In this document: positions 31,476-40,422 of the stretch, one piece after another | Numbering within the stretch: the stretch's first letter is position 1 | How the letters are laid out: each line of letters starts with the position of its first letter | Source of the DNA: Candidatus Latescibacterota bacterium | GTDB taxonomy: Bacteria; Latescibacterota; UBA2968; GCA-2709665 | Reading direction: 5' to 3' | DNA length: 64,000 nt | Assembly (NCBI GenBank): GCA_965226795.1 | Contig: CBDDDZ010000005.1 | Coordinates: 1,216,001 to 1,280,000 of the forward strand | The notes under the pieces: model-generated | Told to the model about the DNA's origin: nothing | The model's input: the letters and a program-made list of their open reading frames with translations, nothing else | The model's database searches: none | Made by a program: the position numbers and the translations under genes

Positions 31476-31807
31476 GGCAGGCTCCTGTCCTTGTGTGCGC
31501 GGAAATATAGGGCGTTGGCCGGCAATTGTCAAGTCTACCGGAGCGTATTTCGGTTTTTCGGCTGAGGCCGAGTGCGCACAGGCAAACTCTCAATGTCCGT
31601 GAACAGCGTAGATTTCGGGGAAACCCGTGGCCCCTCCCGATTAGGGTTGCGACCATCGCGAGATTGACATCTTCCCCTTGTCCTTTTGGCGGGATGGGCT
31701 TACATTGTCGCAGATAGGCAATTGGCGGTTGCCTTGGCGGTTGCCTGTTTCGAGCCCGCAAAGCTCAAATCTACTCTCGCAGACTTTACAAGAATAAGGA
31801 TTCGGCG

Positions 31808-32857
31808 GTGCTTTACTGGGTGGGAGAGCAGTTCGCGGATATTTACGGGCCCCTTCGGCTGTTAACGTCCTATCTGTTTCTGGCCGTTCTCGGCACGGCG
31901 CTGGCAGGACTGTTTACCTGGCTGCTGCTTCCCAGATTGTGGATGCGGTTGCCCAAAGACCGGGGCCGCGCGTATGCCGTCGAAAACGAGCAGAGCCACG
32001 GCAAGCCCGTGGGCGCGGGCGTCATTTTCATCCCTATCTATCTGGTCGTGTGTTTCCTGATTCTCCCGCCGGGTTCCCAGTACTGGCAGATCCTGGTCTG
32101 TGTTTTCCTCGCGATGCTGGTCGGGTTTCTGGATGATCGAAGCCCGGGGGGATGGGGCGAATATCGGGTGGGGGCCATCGATCTGGGCATTTCGTTACTG
32201 GGCGCGATGGTCATTTGCCAGTTGGAACCCGTCGACGTCTGGTTGCCGCTGATGAAGACGTCGGTTTCGGTTCCGCCGTGGATTTTTGTGCCTGGAGCCG
32301 CGCTGCTGATCTGGGTTTCAATCAATGCCACCAACTGTACCGACGGCGTGGACGGGCTGTCGGGCAGCCTGAGTGTCATGGCCTTTGTCTATCTGGGAAC
32401 GATTCTATACGGGATTGTGGGGCACCGGGACATCGCCAGGTATCTGCTCGTGCCGCATTATCCCGATGGTGCGGTCTGGGCGCTGTTTGCATTTTCCATG
32501 GCCGGGTGTCTGGCCGGTTATCTGTGGTACAATGCCTATCCCAGCGCCGTGCTGATGGGAGACGCGGGTTCCCGCCCGATGGGTTTTTTGCTAGGGACGC
32601 TGGTTCTGGCCTGCGGCAATCCGTTTCTGATCGTCGTCGTTGCCGGGGTGGTTCTGGTGAACGGCGCCACGGGACTCCTGAAAGTAGCGCTGTTGCGCTT
32701 TTTAAAGATCGGGATCTTTCAGACCGTTCGTTATCCCCTGCACGATCATTTTCGGCACAAAAACGGTTGGTCGAACACCCATGTGCTCGTGCGGTTTATT
32801 CTGCTTCAGGCGTTTGTAACGCCAATTCTGCTGGTTCTGCTGGTCAAGATCCGTTAA
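31808..32857 (+). CDS. mraY: Phospho-N-acetylmuramoyl-pentapeptide transferase
   Basis: 'GFLDD', 'NATNCTDGVDGL', 'LWYNAYP..VLMGD.GS', 'PLHDH'; ~10 TM segments. Confidence 0.92.
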   Translation: MLYWVGEQFADIYGPLRLLTSYLFLAVLGTALAGLFTWLLLPRLWMRLPKDRGRAYAVENEQSHGKPVGAGVIFIPIYLVVCFLILPPGSQYWQILVCVFLAMLVGFLDDRSPGGWGEYRVGAIDLGISLLGAMVICQLEPVDVWLPLMKTSVSVPPWIFVPGAALLIWVSINATNCTDGVDGLSGSLSVMAFVYLGTILYGIVGHRDIARYLLVPHYPDGAVWALFAFSMAGCLAGYLWYNAYPSAVLMGDAGSRPMGFLLGTLVLACGNPFLIVVVAGVVLVNGATGLLKVALLRFLKIGIFQTVRYPLHDHFRHKNGWSNTHVLVRFILLQAFVTPILLVLLVKIR

Positions 32858-32928
32858 GCCGCGGATCCGGGTACGGGCGTGGTCTCCGCCCCGCGTGGAA
32901 CCTGAGACGGAACGCGTGAGAGGTATAT

Positions 32929-34287
32929 ATGGACGGAAAAGAGACGTTGAAGCGGAAAATCTGCGAGGCTATCGACAGGCGCCACGGACAGATCGAGCGG
33001 ATCGGGGACCACATCATGGCCCATCCTGAAACAGGTTTCAAGGAATTCGAGACCTCCAGGCTGGCGACAGATACCATGGAGGAGTTCGGAATTTCGCCGG
33101 AGACCGGGCTGGGGATTACGGGCGTGAAGGGTATCCTGCGAGGCGCGAAACCCGGGCCGACGCTGGCCTTGATTGGAGAACTGGATTCGCTGGTCGTGTC
33201 GGACCATCCCATGGCGAATCCCGAAACCGGCGCCGCCCACGCCTGTGGACACAACGCGCAGATCGCCGGACTGCTGGGCGCGATGATGGGCATGGTCGAC
33301 ACCGGCGCGGCCGGGTCCCTGGCCGGAAACGTCGTGTTCTTCGCTGTGCCCGCGGAAGAGTACATCGAGGTCGAATACAGGATGGGGCTGGTGAAGGAAG
33401 GAAAGTTGGAATTTTTGGGAGGGAAGCCGGAACTCCTCCGACTCGGGCATTTCGACGACATCGATATGGCGGCCATGATCCACACCCACAGCGACCCCAA
33501 CATGAAAAAGGCGGCGGTTTCCGAGTCCTGCAATGGCTGTCTGGTGAAGATGATCCGTTTCATTGGCCGGGCCTCGCACGCCGGGGGGGCGCCGCACCGG
33601 GGGATTAACGCGTTGAACGCTTCCCAGATTGCGTTGATGGCCATTCATGCGCAGCGGGAAACGTTCCGGGACAACGACTCGATCCGGGTGCATCCGATTA
33701 TCACCAAAGGCGGAGATATCGTGAACGTGGTGCCGGCGGAGGTCCGGATGGAGACATACGTCAGAGGGAAGACGAACGAAGCGATGCTGGACGCCAACGA
33801 AAAGGTCGACCGGGCGATCCGAGCCGGCGCCATGGCGGTGGGCGCACGGGTGGAGATCGAAACGCTGCCGGGATACATGCCCCTTCGGAACGATCGCGAA
33901 TTGAGCGCGGTATTCGAAGCGAACTCGAAGGCGTTGTTCGGCGAAGACGAGTTCTGCGAGGTTTCCCACCGAACGGGATCGACGGATATGGGAGATCTGT
34001 CCCACATCATGCCGGCGATCCATCCATATATGTCCGGGGCGGACGGCATGGGTCACAGCGCGGATTGGCACATTTCGGACAAGGAAATGGGGTATCTGGC
34101 GCCTGCGAAATCGCTGGCGCTGCTGGCGGTGGACCTGCTGCACGGCGACGGCGAAACGGCAACGGGTCTGCTTCGGGTTTTCAAACCCGCGATGACAAAG
34201 GACCAATACCTGGCTTTTCAGCGGGCGCTGTTCAAGACGGAGAAGTACGACGGGGCAAGCGGCGGGGACAGCGGAAATCTGGAATGA
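32929..34287 (+). CDS. M20D family amidohydrolase
   Basis: 'HPETGFKE', 'GELD', 'HACGHN', 'PAEE', 'GRASHAG', 'GSTDMG'. Confidence 0.92.
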   Translation: MDGKETLKRKICEAIDRRHGQIERIGDHIMAHPETGFKEFETSRLATDTMEEFGISPETGLGITGVKGILRGAKPGPTLALIGELDSLVVSDHPMANPETGAAHACGHNAQIAGLLGAMMGMVDTGAAGSLAGNVVFFAVPAEEYIEVEYRMGLVKEGKLEFLGGKPELLRLGHFDDIDMAAMIHTHSDPNMKKAAVSESCNGCLVKMIRFIGRASHAGGAPHRGINALNASQIALMAIHAQRETFRDNDSIRVHPIITKGGDIVNVVPAEVRMETYVRGKTNEAMLDANEKVDRAIRAGAMAVGARVEIETLPGYMPLRNDRELSAVFEANSKALFGEDEFCEVSHRTGSTDMGDLSHIMPAIHPYMSGADGMGHSADWHISDKEMGYLAPAKSLALLAVDLLHGDGETATGLLRVFKPAMTKDQYLAFQRALFKTEKYDGASGGDSGNLE

Positions 34288-34401
34288 TGCGCTGAGCATC
34301 GGGCGGCGCCAGCCGGCCCATGTCAAAGCGTCCGGTTCATTTTTGGAAACACGCGGCGACGGCTCATAGTGAACGAAGTCGCGAACGATTTTTACTCCCG
34401 C

Positions 34402-35580
34402 TCAGATCACGTTGATCGCGCGCGTTCCGGCGCTCCCGATTCGTTTCGGCCCGTCCCGCTCGAGAACGGCCAGTTCTTCCACCAGCCAGGATCCCTCCAG
34501 CGAGAGGACGTTTCCTTCCTCGAACACGATGTCAGGAGCCACGCGTTCGTGGCCCGTCGGGTAGGCGGAACTCATTCTGGGTTCCTCGTGAACGTCCATC
34601 CCCACCCCGTGAACCAACCACAGGGGGGCGTCCGATTTTTCGGCTCTGAACTCACGACGGCAGGCCTCGAAGACTTCCCGTTTGGTCTTGCCCGGGCGTA
34701 CCACGTCATACATAAACGTAGTGCGTCGGACGTGGGCATTCACGGTTTCAACCGCTTTCGGAGTCGGCTGCCCGAAACACAACGGAAACTTGAAGTCGCT
34801 CACGTATCCCTGGTAGCATATGTTCCAATCCAGGCGCGTGGTTCCGACGTCTTGAGGGGCGGCGTGCGGCGCGGGCCATCGGGTGAGGCCTTCGGGTTCC
34901 CAGCCCATTGCGTCCGGCGTCGGCCCTTGAGCCGGCGCCTGGTTCAGAGATGGCGAGTGCTCGAAATCGGAACAGATGAAATCGAAAGGATTGATCTGAT
35001 GCGGCGCCGCACCGCGGTTCAATACCGTGCAAGCGAGCGAGCGCCCCACATCCGACCAGGATGCCGCCCGTCGCATTTCTTCACGGGCGTCCTCGAAAGC
35101 CTGCCCGGCAATCTGCACGGCTCTTCGTATACAGTCGACTTCCCTGGCGGTTTTCACGGTTCGCGTACGGATCATAATCGACTCGGCGTCTTCCAGCCGG
35201 GCATCGGGAAGGGCGTCCCGCAAGGCGAACACCATCCCCGGAGAGAGTCCCGCGTCCAGGCCGATCCGCCCTCGATGAAGATTTCGTTTTTTCAGTTGTT
35301 CGATCGCCACCTCAAGATAGTCTTTCACGTAATCGTCGGTACCGTAGGTTTCTGTGGGAAGGTCCGGCAGGTTGAGGCCCCGGGCCCCCACGGTGAAGGA
35401 TTTGTCGGGCGGCGCGATAACGCAGAGCGTCAGAATCCATCCATCGTTGGTGCTGTTGTACATCGCGTCCCTGAAGAGGAGGTCGCTGCGCAGGTACAGC
35501 GTGTTCTTCCGTCCGGCGAGGATCAGGGCATCGAGTCCGCTTTCGGCGATTAACGATTTCAACCTCTGAACATTGGCCAT
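34402..35580 (-). CDS. M24 family (Xaa-Pro peptidase/creatinase-like) protein
   Basis: Creatinase-N-like start, 'RTVKTAREV', 'GYVSD', 'HGVGMDVHEEP', 'SLE', 'VEE'. Confidence 0.85.
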   Translation of the reverse strand: MANVQRLKSLIAESGLDALILAGRKNTLYLRSDLLFRDAMYNSTNDGWILTLCVIAPPDKSFTVGARGLNLPDLPTETYGTDDYVKDYLEVAIEQLKKRNLHRGRIGLDAGLSPGMVFALRDALPDARLEDAESIMIRTRTVKTAREVDCIRRAVQIAGQAFEDAREEMRRAASWSDVGRSLACTVLNRGAAPHQINPFDFICSDFEHSPSLNQAPAQGPTPDAMGWEPEGLTRWPAPHAAPQDVGTTRLDWNICYQGYVSDFKFPLCFGQPTPKAVETVNAHVRRTTFMYDVVRPGKTKREVFEACRREFRAEKSDAPLWLVHGVGMDVHEEPRMSSAYPTGHERVAPDIVFEEGNVLSLEGSWLVEELAVLERDGPKRIGSAGTRAINVI

Positions 35581-35922
35581 GCTGGTGTCTCCGCGTTTCC
35601 GTATCGCCAGCCGGTTTAAGCTGACAGCTGTACGCTGATGGCTGAACGCTATTCCCGCCGGAGGCAGGGTATTTGAGGAGCAGTGGATGTAGAATAATGT
35701 ATCCACACAGGGAATACGAAACAAGCGGATTGTGGCCCGAATGCGGCTTCGTTACGTGCAAGGCGGAAATCCGGATTCGAATTGCCACCGGTCATTATCG
35801 CATCCCATCAATACCAATAGGATCCGTGGGTGGCGCGTCAGTCGGCTGTTGTATGGGCAGCCAGCCACCCGATGGTTACACAACGGCGATTGTGGCCGGG
35901 GAGCCAATAAAGGAGAAAGATA

Positions 35923-37551
35923 ATGACAGGTACGAATGACACGAAAATAGGCTGGAATGCTGTCAGCAGTACCGGTGCTGTCGCCGCGGGTGGCGCCGGG
36001 GCCGTGGCGGCGGGGATCGGGATTCTCGAACGGGGCGGGAATGCGGCCGACGCGGCGGCGGGGACCATCCTCGCGCTGAACGTGACGGATCACGGAGCGT
36101 GCTCGATCGGCGGCGAGGTTCCCGTGATGGTCTACGATGCCTCCAAAACGGAGGTCAAAACGCTTTCCGGCCAGGGGCGGGCGCCGCTTTCGCCGGAAGC
36201 GATTGACTGGTACATGGAAAACGGCATTCCCGATAAAGACATCAAGATGGCGCCGGTCCCGTCGGTCGTGGATCTGTGTATAACCCTGCTCCAGAGGTAC
36301 GGAACCCTGACGTTTGCGGAGATTGTAGCGCCGACGCTCGCGATTCTGGATGCGGCGGAGGAATCGTGGCATCCAAGACTTGCCGTGACGCTTCGCAGGC
36401 TGGCCGAGGCGGAACAGGTCGCCGCCGGAAGCCGGGAGGAAAAATTAGCGGCCGCGAGCGACCGCTTCTATGGCCGGAACGGGGCCCGGCAGGACGTCGC
36501 CGACGCGCTGGAGGCGGATTATATTGAAAAAGGCGGTTTTCTGCGCAAGGCCGACCTCGCGGCCCACCGGACGCTGATTGAAGATCCGGTTTTGGTCAAC
36601 TACCGGGGATACGACGTGTATAAGTGCGGACCGTGGACGCAGGGGCCGTATCTCTGCCAGGCGTTGCGCCTCCTGGAAGGCTTCGATCTGAAATCCATGG
36701 GGCACCTTTCCGCGGACTATGTGCACGTGGCTGTCGAAGCACTTAAGCTGGCCATGGCCGACAGGGACGCGTATTATGCCGACCCGGACTTCGCCGCCGT
36801 TCCGTTGACCGAATTGCTGTCGGACGCATATACTGAAATTCGCCGGCCGTTGATCGATATGGAGAGGGCGTCTCTCAACGCCCGCCCGGGTGATCCACAT
36901 CGAATGGAGCCGCTCAAAGGGACCGGTGTGTTCGAACCGGGCATCGGCGGAACGACGACGTGCGTGGTCGCCGACCGCTGGGGAAATGTTATTGCGGCAA
37001 CGCCAAGCGCGAACGTATACCGCGGCGAAACCCCTCTGGGTGGGCGCACGGGCGTTTCATACGGAAACCGCCTGAGAAGCCTGAATACGACACCGGGTCA
37101 TCCGAACTGTATCCAGCCGGGCAAGCGTCCGCGCATTACGTTGACCCCGACGCTGGTTCTGAAAGACGGCATGCCAATCCTGGCGATCAGCGTCGCGGGC
37201 GGGGACCTCCAGGACCAGGCGACGCTGAATCTGCTCCTGGACTTCATCGAGTTCGACATGCTTCCCGAAGCCGCCGTCACTGCGCCACGTTTCGCCACGG
37301 CGCACCACGAAGACTCGTTCGATCCGAATCCCGATCGGGCCGCAACGTTTAAATCGGTCGGTTCCCTGTCAATAGGCGAACGTGTCGGCAGGGACGTCCG
37401 TGCCGAACTCGCGGCGCGCGGACATCGCGTCGCGTCGACGAACGGGCCAATAGCGACGCCCGTAATGCTCTTCATCGATCAGGAGAGCGGGCGGTTCCAC
37501 GCCGCCGGCGACCCCGCCGCCGGACGCCACGCGGCGGGCCTGGCGGGATAG
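35923..37551 (+). CDS. Gamma-glutamyltransferase family protein
   Basis: 'GGNAADAA', 'IGGE', 'EALKLA.ADR..YYADP', nucleophile 'GTTTCVVADRWGN', 'PGKRPR.TL.P', 'GGD.Q.Q'. Confidence 0.93.
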   Translation: MTGTNDTKIGWNAVSSTGAVAAGGAGAVAAGIGILERGGNAADAAAGTILALNVTDHGACSIGGEVPVMVYDASKTEVKTLSGQGRAPLSPEAIDWYMENGIPDKDIKMAPVPSVVDLCITLLQRYGTLTFAEIVAPTLAILDAAEESWHPRLAVTLRRLAEAEQVAAGSREEKLAAASDRFYGRNGARQDVADALEADYIEKGGFLRKADLAAHRTLIEDPVLVNYRGYDVYKCGPWTQGPYLCQALRLLEGFDLKSMGHLSADYVHVAVEALKLAMADRDAYYADPDFAAVPLTELLSDAYTEIRRPLIDMERASLNARPGDPHRMEPLKGTGVFEPGIGGTTTCVVADRWGNVIAATPSANVYRGETPLGGRTGVSYGNRLRSLNTTPGHPNCIQPGKRPRITLTPTLVLKDGMPILAISVAGGDLQDQATLNLLLDFIEFDMLPEAAVTAPRFATAHHEDSFDPNPDRAATFKSVGSLSIGERVGRDVRAELAARGHRVASTNGPIATPVMLFIDQESGRFHAAGDPAAGRHAAGLAG

Positions 37552-37619
37552 GAGAATGAGGAAATAACGCGGTTGCGCGAGCTCTATGAGATTCGCGCTA
37601 TGACGTAAGACGCGCCCAC

Positions 37620-37760
37620 TTCGAGTACATCGAGGGGTGGTGCAATCTACATCGAAAACATTCAGCTTTGGTACACCACCCACCCACAACCTGCGAGAAA
37701 GACCATCAAACGTGGGCGAGACTCCAGGCCCTGAACCGCATCTAAACCGGGGAAACTCCA
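37620..37760 (+). mobile_element. IS3-family remnant: transposase C-terminus plus right inverted repeat
   Basis: Translates FEYIEGWCNLHRKHSAL (IS3 OrfB motif F.YIE.wYN..R.HS.L), followed by TCTAAACCGGGGAAACTCCA ending in CA. Confidence 0.75.
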
Positions 37761-37777
37761 ATCAGAAAGGGAATAAT

Positions 37778-39627
37778 ATGTCTTCTGGTTGTATCGGGAA
37801 GAATAAATATGGGCTTATTTGTCTTTTGCTGACTACCGTCGTCGGAACCTCGGTTGGGCAACCTGGAGCCGTAGCCACTGAACCGTTTGTACAGCAAGCC
37901 AAACTGTCGGACCTGGACGGCGTTGTAACCCGACTTGCAGATCACCAGGGGATTTCTGTATCCGTGGATGGAAACACTGCGGTCGTGGGTGCTTCGGGAG
38001 ACGAGAATAACAGAGGCTCGGCGTATGTGTTCAAGTATGATGGCGCGGCGTGGACGGAAACGTCCAGGCTGACCGCTTCCGACGGCAAAGCCAATGACTT
38101 GTTCGGGCATTCAGTGGCTGTGGACGGAAACATCATCGTCGTGAGCAGCGCAAACCGGGCGTATGTGTTCACGTTTGATGGGTCGGCATGGTCGCAAGCA
38201 GCCAGACTCGAGATTGATGTCGACCAGGATGCCAATATTTGGAGTGGTCTGGCGCCTGTATCTGTTTCAGGTGGCACCATTGTTGTGAGTGTCCCCGGGG
38301 ATAACAATAGAAAGGGCTCGGTGTATGTGTTCACGCCTGACGGCTACACGTGGACAGAAACAGCCAGGCTGACTGCCGCCGATGCGAGGCCCGTGACCTC
38401 TTCGGTTATTCTGTATCGGTAGACGGTCGCACCATTGTCGTGGGCGCCCAGGGAGATGGTCGCTATAGGGGCTCGGCGTATGTATTCACGTATGAAGGTG
38501 AGATGTGGGCGGAATCGGCCAAGCTGACTCCTGCGGACGGCGAAGCCCATGATTATTTCGGGCATTCCATATCAATGGATGGTCGCACCATTGTCGCAGG
38601 TACTGATTGGGATACCGACAGTGGCAGGCGGTCCGGCTCGGCGTATGTGTTCACGCATGATGGTGAGGAGTGGTCAGAAACGGTCAAGCTGACCGCTTCC
38701 GATGGGGAAGCATATGACTTGTTCGGGCATTCCGTATCTGTTTCGGAAAGTACCATTGTGGCCGGCGCATTTGGAGATGAGAACTTCAGGGGCTCGGCAT
38801 ATGTGTTCACGCACGATGGCGGTAAGTGGGCTGAAACAACCAGGCTGACGGCCGCCGACGGTAATGGTTACGTTAGCGACGACTTCGGAAATTCCGTGTC
38901 TGTGGATGGTCGCACAATTGTCGTAGGTGCTTCGGGGGTCGAGAATAACAGGGGCTCCGGATCCGTGTTTACGTATGACGGTGAGATGTGGGCGGAAACG
39001 GCCGGGCTGATCGCTTCCGACGGCGAAGCGAATGACGGTTTCGGGCATTCCGTGTCTGTGGATGGAGACACTGCGGTCGTGGGTGCTTCGGGAGACGAGA
39101 ATAGCAGGGGCTCGTCGTATGTGTTCGTGTATGTTGGTGAGACGTGGAAGGAAAAGGTCAAGTTGACTGCTTCCGACGGCGAGGCCTATGACGGCTTTGG
39201 GCAGTCCGTGTCCGTTTCAGGTCGCACCATTGTCGCGGGTACCGATAGGGACGCTGATATTGGCAGGGGTTCCGGCTCGGCGTATGTGTTCACGTATGAT
39301 GGAGAATCGTGGGCCGAAACGGCCAAGCTGACCGCCGCCGCCGGGATTGCCAACGACTACTTCGGAGGGTCTGTGTCCGTGGATAGGGGAGTCGTGGTGG
39401 TTGGGGCAACCGGGGGCGATAATCTCAGAGGCGCCGCGTACGTGTTTCGAGTGCCACTGCTGGAGCGCGCCGACGTGGATGGCAATGGGGTCATTGATCT
39501 GCCGGATTTCCTTGCGTTTGCCGGGGCTTTGGGAACCACTGACTTCCGGTTTGACTTTAATGAAGACGGAACTGTTGAATTCTCCGACTTTTTGATCTTT
39601 GTCGGTCTCTACGGTCAGTCCGCCTGA
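37778..39627 (+). CDS. Secreted FG-GAP repeat beta-propeller protein with C-terminal dockerin/EF-hand-like pair; frameshift near 38385
   Basis: Signal-like N-terminus; ~10 repeats 'FG.SVSVDG.TIVVGA...GSAYVF..DG..W.ET.KLTASDG'; C-terminal 'DVDGNGVIDLPDF...DFNEDGTVEFSDF'. One G missing in GAT-G(G)C-GAG. Confidence 0.85.
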
Positions 39628-39800
39628 CGCCACGCGGCGGGGCCGGAGAAGCAGAAACGAGATAAAAGCGACGCTACCGGTGGGGGGCGCCTGAAAACAG
39701 TATAGGCGGCGACGCCATGATTTCGGATCCCGTTACAAAACGAGAGACTGGATCGGTAAACATACGCACATGAATTCGTATCACGAAAACCTGGGAATGG

Positions 39801-39901
39801 CCATATATGGTTTTTCAACCATATATGGCTTTTTTGTTTTATAATCCTTTAAATAATATATACTTACAGGATAAATCCGAATATTTGTTGACCATATATG
39901 G
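39801..39901. promoter_or_regulatory. Putative enhancer (UAS): three CCATATATGG palindromes (39801, 39819, 39892)
   Basis: Perfect 10-bp palindrome repeated ~105-200 bp upstream of a sigma54 promoter; positions conserved in the second copy. Confidence 0.65.
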
Positions 39902-39996
39902 TTAAATAGAGTGTAAGTCGAGACGTACTGCCTTTCATTTTTATGATATAATATAAAAATAATAGTTTATGAATATTTCGGCGTCGACGCCCCGCA

Positions 39997-40012
39997 TTGG
40001 CACGTAATTTGA
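39997..40012 (+). promoter_or_regulatory. sigma54 (-24/-12) promoter, copy 1
   Basis: TTGGCAC-GTAAT-TTGA with canonical spacing; AT-rich IHF-like tract upstream. Confidence 0.75.
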
Positions 40013-40023
40013 CATTAATATTA

Positions 40024-40370
40024 AAATTTGTGCAAGAATCCCTTCGATAAAGTGGGGGACTTTGGCGACCTGCAAGCCAATTTCCCATGTTCGCAAGGAA
40101 GTTGAACCAGACAGACAGCGTCGCTCACCACCTCGCCGTTAAATTGGCGGTATAAAGGAGACAGTTGCGTGGACTCGTACTGTCTCATCCGTATGCACCG
40201 CGTTCCTCGCTTTTCGGACATTATTGGCAAATAGTCCATTGCTTTGCCCATTGTCCAATTTCCGATGTCGTTGCAGTCTGCGCCAACTTTGGCTGCTTTC
40301 GTTCAACCCGGCTTTGGTGTGAAACGCACGGCATCACGGCCCCAGTCTCTCAGGAGGCAGGGCACAAGTG
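40024..40370 (+). ncRNA. Candidate ~350-nt structured RNA/leader, copy 1
   Basis: Starts at the predicted sigma54 TSS. 5' ATTTGTGC pairs with 3' GCACAAGT. Near-ungapped homolog at 44176-44527 with no shared ORF. Confidence 0.55.
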
Positions 40371-40422
40371 CGAAATACAGTTTTCGTGCGAGTTTTTTCC
40401 GGGATATCTTAAGGTTGTTTCC

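Noticed and set aside
37950..39450. Regularly spaced DNA repeats (GGCTCGGCGTATGTGTTCACG) as a CRISPR array
   Set aside because: They are in-frame FG-GAP protein repeats ~150 nt apart with homologous 'spacers'; no cas genes.
40024..40370. Candidate RNA as RNase P, tmRNA or CsrB
   Set aside because: It lacks GAGGAAAGUCC, tRNA-like ends and a dense series of GGA loops, despite similar length.
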